Assembly (NCBI GenBank): GCA_964016885.1
Contig: OZ024741.1
Coordinates: 92,132,001-92,196,000 of the forward strand
Reading direction: 5' to 3'
From: Eledone cirrhosa
Lineage: Eukaryota
Length of the DNA stretch: 64,000 nt
Shown one piece after another: positions 63,669 through 64,000 of this stretch (the stretch's first letter is position 1; each line of letters begins with the position of its first letter). A program made the position numbers and the translations under genes. The notes beneath the pieces were generated by a model that saw nothing but the letters and a program-made list of their open reading frames with translations, was not told where the DNA came from and ran no database searches.

Positions 63669-64000
63669 AATCAGAGAATAGCAAAAAATTAATGAAGCAT
63701 GACTTACCCATCTGGATCATTTGGCGAACGTGGATAAAGTGAGAAAGTCAGCACCATGGCACCACTCTCTGATGTCGTTCAGTCAAGTAACTGTGAAACC
63801 AAAAGACTAACAAAGGTTTATAGAATTTTATTACCCCTAAACAAAGCTAAATTCTAAGTAGGTCATCAGAGTATACAGTTTAAGTTTCTACAGTTTCAAT
63901 GTAAAATTACACACCTCTTACTTTTACAAAAATTACTTCTTCAAGGCAAATATACCAAATTTACTTGGATCTCAATCAAGTAAATAAAACTAAGAATAAA

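Overview
Repeat-dense, AT-rich animal genomic DNA. The SINE, LINE and microsatellite content looks like octopus (coleoid cephalopod), which is inferred from recalled repeat families and not proven here. I can support one host gene: a 10-exon, + strand carotenoid cleavage oxygenase (BCO1/BCO2/RPE65/NinaB family) at 33313-55524. All introns are GT-AG and phase-compatible, giving 1557 nt / 518 aa, with the four Fe-binding His, three second-shell Glu and the PDPCK motif present. The rest of the window is an ~8 kb (ACC/ACA) array with a 30-bp higher-order unit (6140-14280), three or more tRNA-derived SINE families, decayed RTE-like, CR1, CRE and Penelope retroelements, solo LTRs, and hAT- and piggyBac-type MITEs. 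Most worth a second look: two perfect 22-24 bp hairpins with 3-nt loops, one visibly created de novo relative to a sister LINE copy; several minimal hammerhead-ribozyme motifs, including a U3-A8 covariant core; a 5'-inverted non-L1 LINE with twin-priming geometry; a SINE/LINE partner pair; SINE insertion at ATTAT targets; and inverted intronic SINE pairs that could form A-to-I editing substrates. Repeat boundaries were read by eye and are approximate unless a TSD or TIR is quoted.
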